A stretch of 64,000 nt of DNA. Origin: Daphnia carinata. Its lineage: Eukaryota. Below the pieces are notes generated by a model. It made no database searches. It saw only the letters and a program-made list of their open reading frames with translations, and had not been told where the DNA came from. A program made the position numbers and the translations under genes. Within the stretch, counting starts at the first letter, position 1. Every line of letters starts with the position of its first letter. Below are positions 1 to 12,963 of the stretch, one piece after another. The stretch covers positions 124,001-188,000 of the forward strand of contig NC_081331.1 of the NCBI RefSeq assembly GCF_022539665.2. Reading direction: 5' to 3'.

Positions 1-3000
1 GTCTAATAATGCGGGCCGAGACTGCGATGTGATGATGTTGTTTCGTCTGCACACGATCCTCCTTGACACGATGCCCGGTCGGGAGCAGCGGTCGGGAATT
101 CAAACTGAAGACCACCGTCTCAGAGGAGCGACTGCCATAGTCGGTTGTTGGACCCAAATATAGTAGACGACGACGCCCGATGGGGAGGGGAATACGGAAA
201 ACGGAGAAAAAGAGCGAAGAAGAGAAAGAAGAAGATTAAACGAAGAGGAAGAAGAAGAAGGGAGAAAAAAAAAAAAAACGTTTTCTGGCAGCCAGTCAGT
301 GCCAATTGTAGTGGACTGCGTATACATCGGCAGCCACTACTACGTACACCGCACACGACGAGGCACACACACACACAGGCGCACTTATTTGGAGTAAGAG
401 CTAGGCGCAGTCCATCACACCCACATGGCCTGATATCTCTTTATGCATTCACATATAGACAGCGGACGAGAACTCAGACACGGCATTTTCTTTCAGTTTC
501 TATTGATGGAGAATCGACTCGAGTTTATCTTGCACGCTGAAAAGGGGCGACGATGATGGACCGAAAAGATTCCAAAATAGGCAGACGGTCAGCCAAAAAG
601 ATTTATACGAACCGACAGTGACGGATCGCTTCGTACTGAAGCATCGCTCATGTCTATAGGCTTTATAGGCTGCGTATAGTAGAAAAGAAAACGAGGTAAA
701 GTCAATATCACTTCTACATAGCCCCCAGCTTTTTTCTTTCTCTTGTCTGTTTTCATTCCAAGGCAAGAGAAACGGAATAGAGACGATGTACGGAAAACCC
801 CGATAGTGTTTGGCTCTCTTTACGACTAAATGCATTTGCTATCTGTCCGATAGCAAATGCAAGTTTGCAATTCAAAGACCTTTGCACAGATCCAATCTTG
901 CTAGGCATTAAGCAAGGGCGGAGTAAGTTTTTCGTAACAAACGCGCGCATGAGCTTAGCGTACCGAATAGCTCGGCAGGATGCGTGACATGCAGCAGTTC
1001 TGCGGTGAATATAAATTGCCTTGTGTGCGTGAATCATTTTTTGCGTTATGCTGCGACGTTGCTTTATATGCGGCAATTCGTTTGGGCGGACGTCGCTTCG
1101 TGCATGTTTGTAATCAAGTGTCGATGATATGTCCTTAACATTAAAATGGAAAGACACGTGATGTATTGCCTTCGCCTAGGAGGCACGCGACGTTGCCTCA
1201 GTCGACATGTATTGCACGCAAACGAAAAATGTATACACACAAGTGCAGCGCGAATATCTACGTGTTCTAACAAACGTCGGCACTGCCATCATTTGATATT
1301 CGTGTTCCTTCCGCTTCTGCCCTGTGCCGCTGAATAATGCAATACATCCCTATATCTATATACTTCCGCTTCATGTGGCACGTCGCCTATCGTTGCTTCA
1401 CGTGGCTCTTTGTTCTCGTATATAGCGCAGCTACAACAAAAATATGGTTTGGCATAAAGATTTTTATTGTGCGATAGAAGAGTTGTTGTTTGACGATCCT
1501 CCCATACACTCGCTGATGTTTGGCTTTCCGATCTGTCTACGTTCAAAAACCAGCCGCCGCATTTTGGACGAAGCCGTTTGATTGTGCTATTTCAGTTTGC
1601 GTCTGACACGACAACATCACATCAAGACGCCTCGTCATATCATCACCCGACGCCGAGTGACGCGCATTCACGACTGATACCGATCTGACAAATGTACAAC
1701 ATCATGTAAAACCCCAATTATTCGCAGTGCAAAGTCTATGTGTTGGCCGTGTCATTTGTCCAACAAATCATTTGCTTTATTGCGATATTGACGACAGGTT
1801 CAAAACGTGACCTAGAAAGCTCAGTGGCCGTTCGGTGCAAACGCTTTCAACAAGAGCTCGTCAACGTGAAATGTGATGGTTGTGCAGTGCGAAAAAAATG
1901 CGATTTATCCATCGAGCCTTGTGTTGGTTCGTGAAGGTCGCTGTTGTAACGCATTGTGGCATAAAACGGACAATCTTCGAGGTCTTTTACAAATCTTGTG
2001 GTGAAATGAAACACCTCGATGGGGGTGAAAGAAGACAAAAGAAAAAGACGTGATCCTATTGAGTGGAAAAGAACCGGCTTTGCCAGGACAAAAGAACGAA
2101 CAATGTCTCTCATTCTTTAACTGCTTATTAGAAGTTTTAATTAAAAGCGAACGGATGTGTAGATACTGGGCAACATGTTACATGGCAGAGATATGCGTAA
2201 AATGCAAACTGCTATATCCATAATGGAACTTTATTTGTTTCCTTTTAGCCAATAACCCAATAAAGGACATGCTGAGAAGGACTCCGAAAGAGATATGCAA
2301 CTCTTGTGCATATTGATTTTTTTTTTTGTTCGGCGAACAAAAAGGGAGCGAGACGAGCTACGAAAAACGCAAAGAAAAATAAGGGCAATTCAATTTCCAC
2401 TCAAAGTCTATTAGCTTAAAACGTCTTGTTTACCAGCAGCAGCCAATAATTGCATGTACAAAGCGAAACGATTGATCGACAGATTCAATAGGAATCCATC
2501 AACCCTTGCTTATACGCAAACATTCATTTTAGTCCTTTAACCAAGATGTTGTCTGAGTGCATTTTCATCAAAATCAATGTTTGTCGCAAACTTGGCCAAT
2601 CAGTATCAAACTGCATTACCCATCCAAGAGGCACAAAAGTGTGCCGAATAAGCAGTAACAATCCAATAAAACGCTGCAACTTTATCAAATTTGATTTGAG
2701 CGTGTAAGAAAACTGGGAGCACCAAATGCTGACCAGTAGTGCAAAGGCCTGTTTCGGCTGGTATTTCATGTGCGGATCAATGTATATCCACTATGTCTTA
2801 GCACATTAGTTTCAACGTCGTCTGAGAGTGTACCATAGACAGAATGGAAACCATGGGACACTGTAAGTCACAAGACTACTTTGACAGTCCGCCATTTATT
2901 ATACTTTACAGTACATCTACGCAGAAGGTATCCGAGCAACGCACAATAAGTGAGTCTATTAGAGGGGAATGAAATCATGTCGAGAGAAATCCTGTTACAG

Positions 3001-5293
3001 CCAATACCAACTGGTATACTGGAAACGAATCTATGTACGTATATCTACAACGGAGGTATGATTGGATGGGGTACGTACCAAAAGTAAAAACACAGACATG
3101 AACCCAGGTATAACAAAGAGACGTGGGATCCTAACGAATAAAAATAATGGTAACGCAATTACTTTGTAATTCTAGCGCCGATAGATAACGTCGTCATAGC
3201 CTACTGGGATAGTGTTTACAGGTATTCAGTTGAACCCACGTCATCTAAAGATTAATAAGCAGTTCGTGATTTATGCCCGTCTTTGTTTCTCCAAATACAT
3301 AAACAACATCATTACGTCTGATGGGTTAGCCTGAAGCGTTAACTCGGTGTGCCACACATATCGTCAGTATTCTTTGACGTGGCCTTGTTTCTGTTTCAAA
3401 CGCCAATGGCACATGAATCGCTTACCGACTTGTTCAATAAGAGGTGAGGTTTGCATTTTTCCCTTAATCGTTTTTTTTTCTTTTGCTTGAGGTCATTTGT
3501 TTTCGTTCCCTCACCTTTCTTTTGACGCCCCCCTTTTTCAAGTTCGATCTTCAGTCGGGGAATATCTGCCGAGAAGTTGACACACCTTGTGCGCAAAGTA
3601 AAATGAGAATAGAACTAATGAAGCCAAGTGAAACAATTGCGTAACATCATCAGGTTGTTTTACATCGACGTAACGGCTTCAAGACGGTGGTTCGTGACAC
3701 GTAAGAGGCGCTTGTGTTCGTCTTCCAAGAAATGCAGACAAACAGTATCCAGGTAATTACAAGTTCTTTTGTTTCTATGGTCTTTGTCTTTCGTTTGCCG
3801 GCCAACTCTATTTGTGTTTATGGTGGTTTCTGCAATTATCGGCGTAACACTGTTTGGCGGCTTGCAATCCATAAACAAAAGGTGAACGGCGCCAGTGAGA
3901 CTTTCCCTGACTTGAGATGAATCATGCTTTTGGGTGAGTGGCTATTGCAAATTTCTTCACTTTTGTGTTAACGTTTGTAAGTGGAATTGTAGAAATGTTG
4001 TAAGAACGGTGTAGGTCGAAGAGCTCAGGGCTATTCCACAGACTTATTTTAGCATTTGGTCAGATTCATTGAACGTAGGCCTTTTGATCTTTTTGTTTGA
4101 ATTGAAGGGAGAAGTGCAAATCGATGCAACAGCGTGCATTTCAAGGTATAAGAACAACGACGTTATGGAGAGAAATCTGAGTCATCCACCAAAAAGAAAA
4201 GGTCCGACATTATTTATCTGTGATTATGCGGCAGGGTAGAACTGTTTGTCTCGTTCTATTCACGCTATGAACAAGATGACGCTGGTTATGTTGTTGATGT
4301 ATTCAAATGTGTATGGGCCGTAGCCAAATCGTGCTTTGGGTGTCATATTTTCGATGCCGTTATTAACCCAGCTGGTATTTATGCGTGAGACCTAGTATGC
4401 TAAATACCTTTACTCTTTGAACTCGGGAAGAATTGGTTGCAAGTCGTCAGACAAAGAGATTACCTCTTCCGTTCCACATTGGAAAAAGGAATATTGGCTC
4501 TGTCCTGCGTATCGATATGTCTGTGCCCACGTTCCAATGGATTTAGGTCATTTGTTTATCGATTCTATTACAAGTCTGTAATTCAGCTGTACGCTTGATG
4601 GCCCTATTGTAAAATGAATTTTTATCATCGTTTTTTTCGGATTCGATTCCGAACAGACCATCGTCCTTTCATGCCCGCCCAAACCCTGTCGCTTTTTTCA
4701 CCCTACTTGGACTCACTTTTGAGCTTGCTCCAAACTGGCAACCGCCCAATGAATGACTGATGCACCTTTTTGTATTCTAAATCAATTGAGAAAATGACTG
4801 AAAGCATCATGTTTTTTTCTTCTTCGCTCTTTCTTATCAGTGGAAAGAGAGAGGATGTCCTTTTCGACATCACCTCCGTTCCAACATCACCATATCCTTA
4901 ACTATACTTGCACGATTGTTCTTTGATCATAGAGTACAAAGTTGGTGCTGATTTGAAGACGATTCACTTGATGACGGATATACTCTCAAAGACAATGCAG
5001 CAAAACGTGACTGCACACGGGGTGTCATTCCTTATCAAGCGTTCCATAAGTGTCTATTGTGGCGAACTCATGCGCATTTGTAGGGGATCTTTGCAGAATG
5101 GATTTTCAATACGAACTGATGAGTGGAGGAACCCTACCTTTTTGCCAACCCCTACATTCTTTTCATTGAACCGGTTTTGCAGTCGGTTGTAGAGATCTAA
5201 TCCTTTAACTTTCTTTCTCTAAAACCCAAATTCCTGAACATGTTTTTGCAATGGTAGTGTTAAAGACGTATTAAGAAGTGCTATGGTACTTAC

Positions 5294-6948
5294 TGTTATT
5301 GCCGGCGTTAGAGCTCATTTTAAGTCCGATGCCAACCATCAAGACGGCCAAGACGAACAGCGTAGCCCCGACAATTCCGAAAATGAACGTCAGCCGCTTT
5401 TTGCGTTCGTCGTCTTCATCTGATTCGGTTCCTTCTTCTTCGTAACTGTTACATATCAATAAATTCATTAATGGTAAATCTAAAAATAACTTGGGTTGCG
5501 CTTTATCTATAGAATTAGTACTGAAGAAGAGTTTGGAATACAGTCAATGATTTAATTTCAATCTTGAATTAATTTTCCATTCTTGAGCCCGGGATGAAAA
5601 CGACAGGCATGAAACACTTGACTTTCTGCAAAAGAAAAGGACGTGCCAAAAAACGTATCGTGTCATTTAACATGAGCGTAAACTTTGGTTGAAGCTAGAT
5701 GGTGCATGATCCTTCAACTGGCACAGGACCAATAACTACCTGTCCTTACGACAAAGACTTGTAACTTACGTATTATAAATTGATCAATGTTTTTTTCAAC
5801 TGTGTACAGTCAGTTGGCCCGGACGTGCAACAACTTTTTTATTAATCCGCCATCTACATTTTTACCGTGGGCGCAACGGATCATGTCGTTCACGATTTAT
5901 GCCATATTTTTGATAATATATTTTTTTTTTGTACCGGATACGGGCAATGAATTTATTAATCTGCTAACCGAAGCCAACAGTCATAGACGTTACGCTCCAT
6001 CGAAATTTGTCATAATGCGTCATGGCAGTTATATCACACGTATTATCTTTTTTTTTTCTTGCTCCTGTAGCCAATGTACCTGACCGGCCATTCCTTGCTT
6101 CCAACGCTTAGCTTTAGTTAGTACCGGACATAAACAAATGTCGAATGGTACCATGTCGTCGATGTGGACGATGGACATGCCAAATGTTTTGGATGAATGA
6201 ATTTATGGACTTGTCCGGTATCCTGTTTAGGAAGTTTTGCAATACCCAGTTCGATCAATCATTTAAGTCTTTATCCAAGTTTATTGGACTAGTTGGATTC
6301 GGTAACTGTCGTTAAAAAATGGCGTTGAATGCGGTTCGCGAAAACGTTGGGTCAACCCGTTCATGCAGACATTCGTTTCATTTGCGTTGCATCGCCTTGT
6401 AGTTTAGTTGAAGATGTAGTGTTAAGTATAAATATTTGACAACTTAACTGTTTGGAGAGAGTAACAGCGGTTGCCAACGGGACGCCTGTTTTCTTCTTGT
6501 GCCGTTGCTCGTTGATTTCAAGCTGCGATCGGCGTGCAGATGAGCGCCTCCCTTCCTGCTCTAGCAGCTTATTCCGCAGTTGAACTCTGGCGGAAATGTC
6601 ACCAATGTCAGCAGCAGAGCTGCTACTGTTGGCCCTGCTTTTTTTCCGATTTGGCTTTTGCTGTGACGATGACGAAGAGCGGCGCATTACCGACCCAGCC
6701 GATGTAACAGACGCCGTCGTCGATCTCGTCGAGAGACGCTTGCCTCCCGCACCGCTGTTGGCTGTAGACGAAACGCCACCGTTGATGGACGACGGTCGAC
6801 GCCGCGGATGTTGTTGCCCCGTCGTTGCCGTCACTGGATCAACAGAAGCTGCTACAACATCAACAACAACAACGTCCATCTCGGCAACAGCCTTAAACAC
6901 GTCCGCTGTCCCTGCCACAGTCGTCTGAACATCTTCGATCGGTTCCAT
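5294..6948 (-). CDS. Unknown single-pass membrane protein, partial (3' exon(s) not found)
   Basis: Exon 6948-6449 (MEPIEDVQ..., Ser/Arg-rich) ends CA|GTTAAG. It joins in phase (CA+T=His) to exon 5445-5294 (YEEEGTESDEDDERKKRLTFIFGIVGATLFVLAVLMVGIGLK..., basic patch plus TM helix), which ends at a GTAAGT donor. Confidence 0.6.
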
Positions 6949-8303
6949 TCTATTCTAATGACAATGTTACAGACACACACGCACAGAAATCGTTTGGTAA
7001 CGCACCAATGTCAAAGCCACAATGGGGTAACAAATTGGCCAAAATAAGCAGCAAAAAGCAAATAGGTCAGAAGCTGTTCAAGTCTGGAGGATTACTGCCG
7101 TGGATGGTGGTGGCGGTGGGAGAACTGAGTAGCGCGCTGCTAAAGCTCGTTCATCCCAATATCTGCACGTTGCATCGACACGCAGAACACGTTGGAATAC
7201 CGCAGCTTTTAGCCACGTTTCCTCAAACAAGGTCTGAACGCCAGCCGAATTCGTGGGGCTCAAATCTTTGTACGTTATTCTTTATCGAGCATTTAGCCTC
7301 ATAGTTTATCTCCTATACAGGCAGCCCCGTGTTGTTTACCCGAAAGAGAACTGTAATGGGAGGATAACAATAGGTCGACGATTTCGTGCCATCTGTGCGG
7401 TGTCTTGTAAAGAAATTGTAATGGCTCCTAACACAGGTACGTCGCCATTCGGCTGGCTGTGTGGTAGGCGTATCAACATGCGCAGTCTTACTTGCAAATG
7501 CAGAAATTTCAGCCCCGTGAAATGGCAAAAGTCGACTGGCGATGTGCTGTTGGGATAAAAGAAAGACACAAAAGGCCGGGCAAGAAGAACAGGACGAGTC
7601 ACAACAAGTCTGGCATCACTCGTTTGAATGTTTATGGGCCAGCAAGAGCAGTACGTAGCGCACAGCAGGACAGTTGAAAAACTATAGACGTAGACTGAAA
7701 CAGGAGCGCTTGCAGCAGCAAGGGCCATACAAACAAAGTCTTTTGATGTTCACCAACGGCTCCAACTTTAGCGACAAGAGAAAGAAAAAAAAACTTCAAT
7801 AAGCGGAAGCTGCTGGAAGAGCGAAACAATATACCGATTCCCCCTTTTTTTTTTTTTTTTTTTTAATCCTACAACATCGACGTTTATTTGTCTGAAAGTA
7901 TATACATATACAGCAAACCGTATCCAATTATATGTATATACACAACTAGAAAGAAGACTGTAATTTCTTTTAGCTGGAGGTTATTTCTTAGACGTAATAT
8001 GCACATTTTCTTGTTTAGACTACCAAATCGGTGGAGCTTTTAGGTGAACGGGAACGAACACGATCAGCAAATTGGCCCACGAGTTAAGTACCACCTTCCG
8101 ACATACAGTTAACCGAAGGATCGCATTGCTACCGACGTTAGATTCAGAATTTGCTCTTCTATTTATGTTAGGACGCATGTTGAATCATAGTTCGTTGATT
8201 TCGATAGCGCCCATCTCTCTTCACGTAGGGCTTCACTGCAGCAGATTCATCCACAATGTTGCTAGCCAAAACACACGGCGATGATGACGCATCGTACAAC
8301 ACG

Positions 8304-8744
8304 CTATCGTTCGTAATGCTCGAAAAGTGACAGTGTGCTCAGCATCAGATGACTAAGGAATGTTTGTAATTGCAAACAAAACACGTTAAGCATCTGTGTC
8401 AGCTGACATCGAGAATCCTTTTGTGTGCTGCGTGCAGTGAACTATTTGTTGGTGTTAAAGTTCTTGTGTATTCGAAAGGACACAATTGTTTTTGAGGGAA
8501 TTGTATACCTCCTTTTTCTTTTGGCTCACTTTTGCTCTTACTTGACAGTGACTAACACATTTGGGGATGGCGAAATTCTGTAAGTAAACTCTGACATTGT
8601 TTTGTTTAAAATATTGGCAGTGAAATACATCCAAAGCGCGATGGAAACCACTACCAGCACCAAAAGATGTTGCCAACGGACATGTTTCAACCCGTTGTCC
8701 AGCAGGTGGCCTCCGCTGGAGTTTAGCCAATTTTCGTCAAACAT
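8304..8744 (-). CDS. Possible small 2-exon membrane protein (~108 aa)
   Basis: ATG 8744; exon 8744-8542 encodes the hydrophobic LLVLVVVSIALWMYFTANIL and ends at donor GTAAGA. Phase-compatible exon 8427-8304 after CAG stays open to TAG. No recognisable homology. Confidence 0.35.
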
Positions 8745-8975
8745 CCTGCACAGATAATCGAGCACACGGTAAGAAAGACTCAATTATTGCATAGCATTCA
8801 TCCATGCTTCGCTGCGTTATTTTAACTAGGAATTGATAACTGGAGATCGACAAATTATGCAATCAAAATTTGTATTCCTTAGCAGAAGAATTATAACAGC
8901 AAAATATTTTATAGGAGAAAAACGAGATAACAATGCTTCATTCGGATGGTTTGTTGTGGACTGTTGGTGACGTGC

Positions 8976-9592
8976 TTAAGCGAAGTATCCGTTGCCAAAT
9001 GGGTAGGTGTTGGGGTAGTATCCAGGGTAAAACGGATAACCGAATCGAGCACCCGTACCAGCAACGTTCGGGAAGAAAGTGCGTGTGAATACGGTGTTAT
9101 CGGGCTGTCCGTCTTGGTTCAAATCGACGCTGCTGAATGCGAAATCGTTGAGGAATTCCGATGGTTTGTGAGGGAGAACGGCCACTTGGCGCTTAGTGCG
9201 AGTGGTCTTGGTGGCAACTGGCTCAGCATTGGCGACAACGGCAGAGCCGGCCTGGACGAAGGGGTAGGTAAAGGGAGCGCCGTAGGGATAAGGATACCCA
9301 GTGCGAGAGGCCAAACCAGCGTAAGGGTAGTAGCTGGGCACGAATGCAGGAACGGCTGGGTAGACTGGGACGTCAGGTTGGCCGTCTTTGTTCAAATCGA
9401 CGCTCTTCGAGTACAAATCGTTGACAAACTGGGGATTGTACGGCGACCATTGGCTGTACGGGACGTACTGGGCTGAGGCGCAAGCCAAGATGACGCTCAA
9501 AATCTTTTCGTTGTAAATAATACAGGTTTTTAGCTTTTAGTCTTTAGTTTGCACAATTTAAAAGAGAAACAAAGACTTACCAAGAATTTCAT
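8976..9592 (-). CDS. Secreted Tyr/Pro-rich protein with two DLNxDGQPD motifs (cuticle-type, possibly Ca-binding)
   Basis: Exon 1 9592-9581 (MKFL|GTAAGT) and exon 2 9503-8976 give signal peptide MKFLILSVILACASA-Q. Repeats SVDLNKDGQPD and SVDLNQDGQPD are separated by RTKR. Confidence 0.85.
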
Positions 9593-9656
9593 GTTGAATG
9601 CTTGTAATCGACAGAAGGTGCGGTGAACAAGTGCCCATATCGAAATTCGGTCCTCA

Positions 9657-9664
9657 TTTTTATA
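9657..9664 (-). promoter_or_regulatory. TATA box of the secreted DxNxDG gene
   Basis: TATAAAAA on the minus strand ~65 nt upstream of the ATG. Confidence 0.6.
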
Positions 9665-10771
9665 TCGGTCGAATTGGCCACTGGGCAAGTGGCTACTCCC
9701 TTTACTTGAACTGCATTTAGCTTCCGCGAGCTCTTTTCTTTGTTTTACAATATTCATGGTCAAAACCAATCCTTTACAAGAGGAGCAAAATAACCTTGAA
9801 TTCTTGTTTGACGAGATTCATTTTAAAAAGAAGTTGTCTCTTTCATTGTTTTGGATGGACCACACCTTTTCGCCATCCCGTCACCTGTATACTGGCACTG
9901 CCAAAAAACCAGAATTCGATTGATAACACGAATCTATAACAACGTTCAACGCAAGGGCATTGCTGAACTCGTATTTGAGTAGCAAGACCAAATCAGGGAA
10001 CTGGCGAATGGGTGTGGTTCATGGGAAATGCCGCGATCATGACGTCTAAACAACTACACTTTTCACACGTGACGTTGCTTTAAGGATTTCCTAATTATAC
10101 AGATTGCTTATCGTTTAGCAAATATTTGATTTAAATCATTATAACTCAACCGGTTGATACATCACATTACCTGTGCCTTCTACTAGTTGTGTAAATTAGA
10201 ATAGCCGACGTAATAATCAATCGAACAAGAGTTGTATTGAGGTTGCACAATTGTGGCATGACATTTCTAGACAAGAACAATGTGCAACAAAAGTCGGGCA
10301 AACGAGCCAACACTATTTTGGGCGGTTGCAATAGACATCCAAATCGTAAAATGTGCATTCCTTACCGAGGCAAGAAAAATTTGGCAATTACGCATGTTAG
10401 CGAAATTCTAGAATAGACAGCGAATAACACAACTGTTCTAGGTCGCAAACATATCGTTTAGTACGTGTACGAGAGTTTAGAAACAAATTCGGAGACTATA
10501 GGGATTTAAGAACAGAGGCGGAAAAACATAGAACAAGGTTTTCATCAATAAATGAAGCAAAGACCAGGAGTTATGGGTGGACTTGCGTCAAAGTCCAGCT
10601 ATATGAAAGAGGTCTGAAAGCTAGAACCCTTCACGATTTTGGTTATTTCTACGCGAATAGCGAATGGAAACAAAAACTAATATGTTATTATCACTGAATA
10701 GAACAAAGGAAAACGCGAAAGAGAGTCTGGAAGAGGTATTTGAAATTGCTAACGGGCTGAAAAAAGTTAGG

Positions 10772-11819
10772 TCACAATCGTAACAAAGCTTCTCTTTCTG
10801 TAGCAAATGAATACTGATACTCGGCGTTAATTTCTTGAGCTGATTTTTGGAGATTAATACCCCCATTCGATTTTGACGGGTTCATTCCATTTCGTACTCT
10901 GGGTCCCAATGTAAACGGAACCCCTTCCAAGCCTGCATTTCACGGAAATAAAACAGATTAACAACAGTTTCCATCATACAAAGCAAATTGTATCGGCTTT
11001 AACATGTGCCTACCTACCTGTGAAACCTGACAGTGTAGATGTAGATATGACAATAAAATGATTTTTCTCAACTGTGTTGTCATTAGAGGAAGGATTGGAA
11101 TTTGTCTGGGGTGGAAGTGGGGCTGGTCTTACTGGAGATTTAATAGGGTTGATGTTGGAAGAATGTATAGGATAGGGGGTAGGTGAAGTTGTTGAGCCAG
11201 AAGATGTGTAATCGGAGGTAGGGATGGATTTCAAGTTGACTGATGGAAGAGGTGGCAAAACCCTAGTTAACGTTGGATTTGCTGGTAATGGTGCTGATTT
11301 GTAACATAACACCAGTCCATTTATTTCTCCACCCATGGTGAAACCTTCTGGGGCTTTCTTAGATTTACTGAGAATTATAATATCAGTGATGGCAAGAAAG
11401 ACTGAGCTGCTTTCACTGAGCCTGTATGTTAATTGGCGTTTTCTCCAAGCTCGTTGTTCTACAAAAAAACATAAATTGTTAAACATGCTGAAGATGTGCT
11501 AAATTTACATTATTCTTATACCTGTTCCGTATGTTTTTGACAACAAGACATAACCATTGGGAGGGGCATCTTTGTCATTGATGACACACAGAGAGTCGAT
11601 GACAAAACCAGAAGGGCCTTCTGTTTTTGACAAGCACAGATATCGCGTGATTCTTTTGCCGAAAAATCCATCTTTCCATAAATCTGCATCTAAATCTTGA
11701 TCGTGCGATTTTGCTACAACTGTATAACCTTGAGGACATTTAGAAGGATCTTCTACGACACACAGGGCAGTAACAGGGCGATCATCTGGTAAAGGTAAGG
11801 TATTGTAGAGCTCTTTCAT
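10772..11819 (-). CDS. MVB12: Multivesicular body subunit 12 (ESCRT-I; MABP + UMA domains)
   Basis: Exons 11819-11522, 11458-11018 and 10932-10772. DADLWKDGFFGKRITRYLCLSK (MABP) and C-terminal GLEGVPF...EYQYSFATER (UMA). Confidence 0.9.
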
Positions 11820-12323
11820 CCTGTTTACTTTCAATTTTGCAGGGCGATAAAGTTAAAACAAGAAAAGGTCCAGGTCTCCACTTTTCTCGAAGTGACACGA
11901 TGATTCACAAAGGAAAGTCAAACTTCGGGTCTTCGCTCTTTGGCCTTGAAAATTCACATCCCCCAGACACTTTAGGTGAGAAGAGATACCATCTACGGCC
12001 ATTTGCCCCGAGAGGCCAACTACGCCACCCAATGGCAGTTATATCTTCTTTTTTTGTTTTTATTGTTGAGTAACTTGATTCTTTCATAGACAAAACTTCC
12101 ATTTCTTTGTGACATCGATGAAAAATACAAATCTTACAGAAAAAGTCGAGATCTGACGCAATTATTAGACATAAATCAGAATTCGGATAGCTACAGCTAT
12201 CGACCACCAGGTGGCAGCATGCGCATAATGTAATATCTTTTTTGGGGTCAGCTCACTTGTGAGCTCATCTAGGAACGCTGTTGCCTTGCGAAAATAATAA
12301 AGAACATCAGAGCTCCAATGTAA

Positions 12324-12746
12324 GGGGGTAGCAGGGAGGGCTGAACCAGAGAGATGTTTTGAAAATGAACAAAGTTTCCAACAAAGGACACGTAAATGAA
12401 TTTTGTATTCGATCCATGAAGTGTATGAATTATAATCCATATTCCATTTCCAATTTCCCATGGTCTATCCAGAGTCATAGATTGGATGGTTTAACTACTG
12501 CTGTACGAACCGTGGTCAAATTCATAAGCCTTATTCCTTCTGACTGACCTGCACCAAGCGGATGTTTGACTGGGAGAAGGTAAAGTTTTGCAGTGTAGTG
12601 CGTCGTTTCTCCGCAGGGTGCAGGGCTGTCAGAGGGAGCGAGGATTAGTTACTAGCTAGGCACATCTAATCTATGATACTGGTCTGTCCATACGAAGACT
12701 CTCCTTGCCAGCCTTTGCTATGTTGCGATGCTACCCGTATTTCTTT
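12324..12746 (+). ncRNA. Candidate long structured RNA (unassigned family)
   Basis: Nested helices with G.U pairs on the + strand: 12326-12333/12729-12736, 12336-12343/12709-12716, 12475-12488/12663-12676, 12529-12544/12628-12643, 12548-12555/12617-12624, 12558-12562/12610-12614. Followed by TTTCTTTT. Confidence 0.4.
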
Positions 12747-12963
12747 TGAAAAGTGTAGTCTGCGATGTTGGGTTCCAGCGACTGAGGGCAAACTAAAACC
12801 ATATGGTTAGTGCGCTCCGCAGGAGAAAGAGGTGAAAATTGTTCTTGCGGTGAAAACATTTTCGATCCAGAAAAAATAAGTCTGTTTGCCGAAATTTTTT
12901 ACTCCCAATATCAAATAACATATTTTTTTCAAAAAAGAGTTGTTTTGAATATATTAACTTAGA

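Noticed and set aside
145..540. 131-aa K/R-rich ORF
   Set aside because: Arises from GA-rich, poly-A and CA low-complexity sequence; no splice or homology support.
4892..4907. ATATCCTTAAC resembling U12 splice or branch signals
   Set aside because: No flanking exons or partner site identified.
5800..6360. Scattered TACCGGA[C/T]A motifs in both orientations, possible MITE relic
   Set aside because: No convincing TIR pair or TSD.
12165..12478. Short minus-strand ORFs between MVB12 and ABCF1
   Set aside because: No recognisable domain or splice partners; overlap the + strand structure candidate.
12745..12763. Minus-strand AGACTACACTTTTCA resembling the U3 5' end
   Set aside because: Box A (GATCATTTC) and the other U3 boxes are absent.
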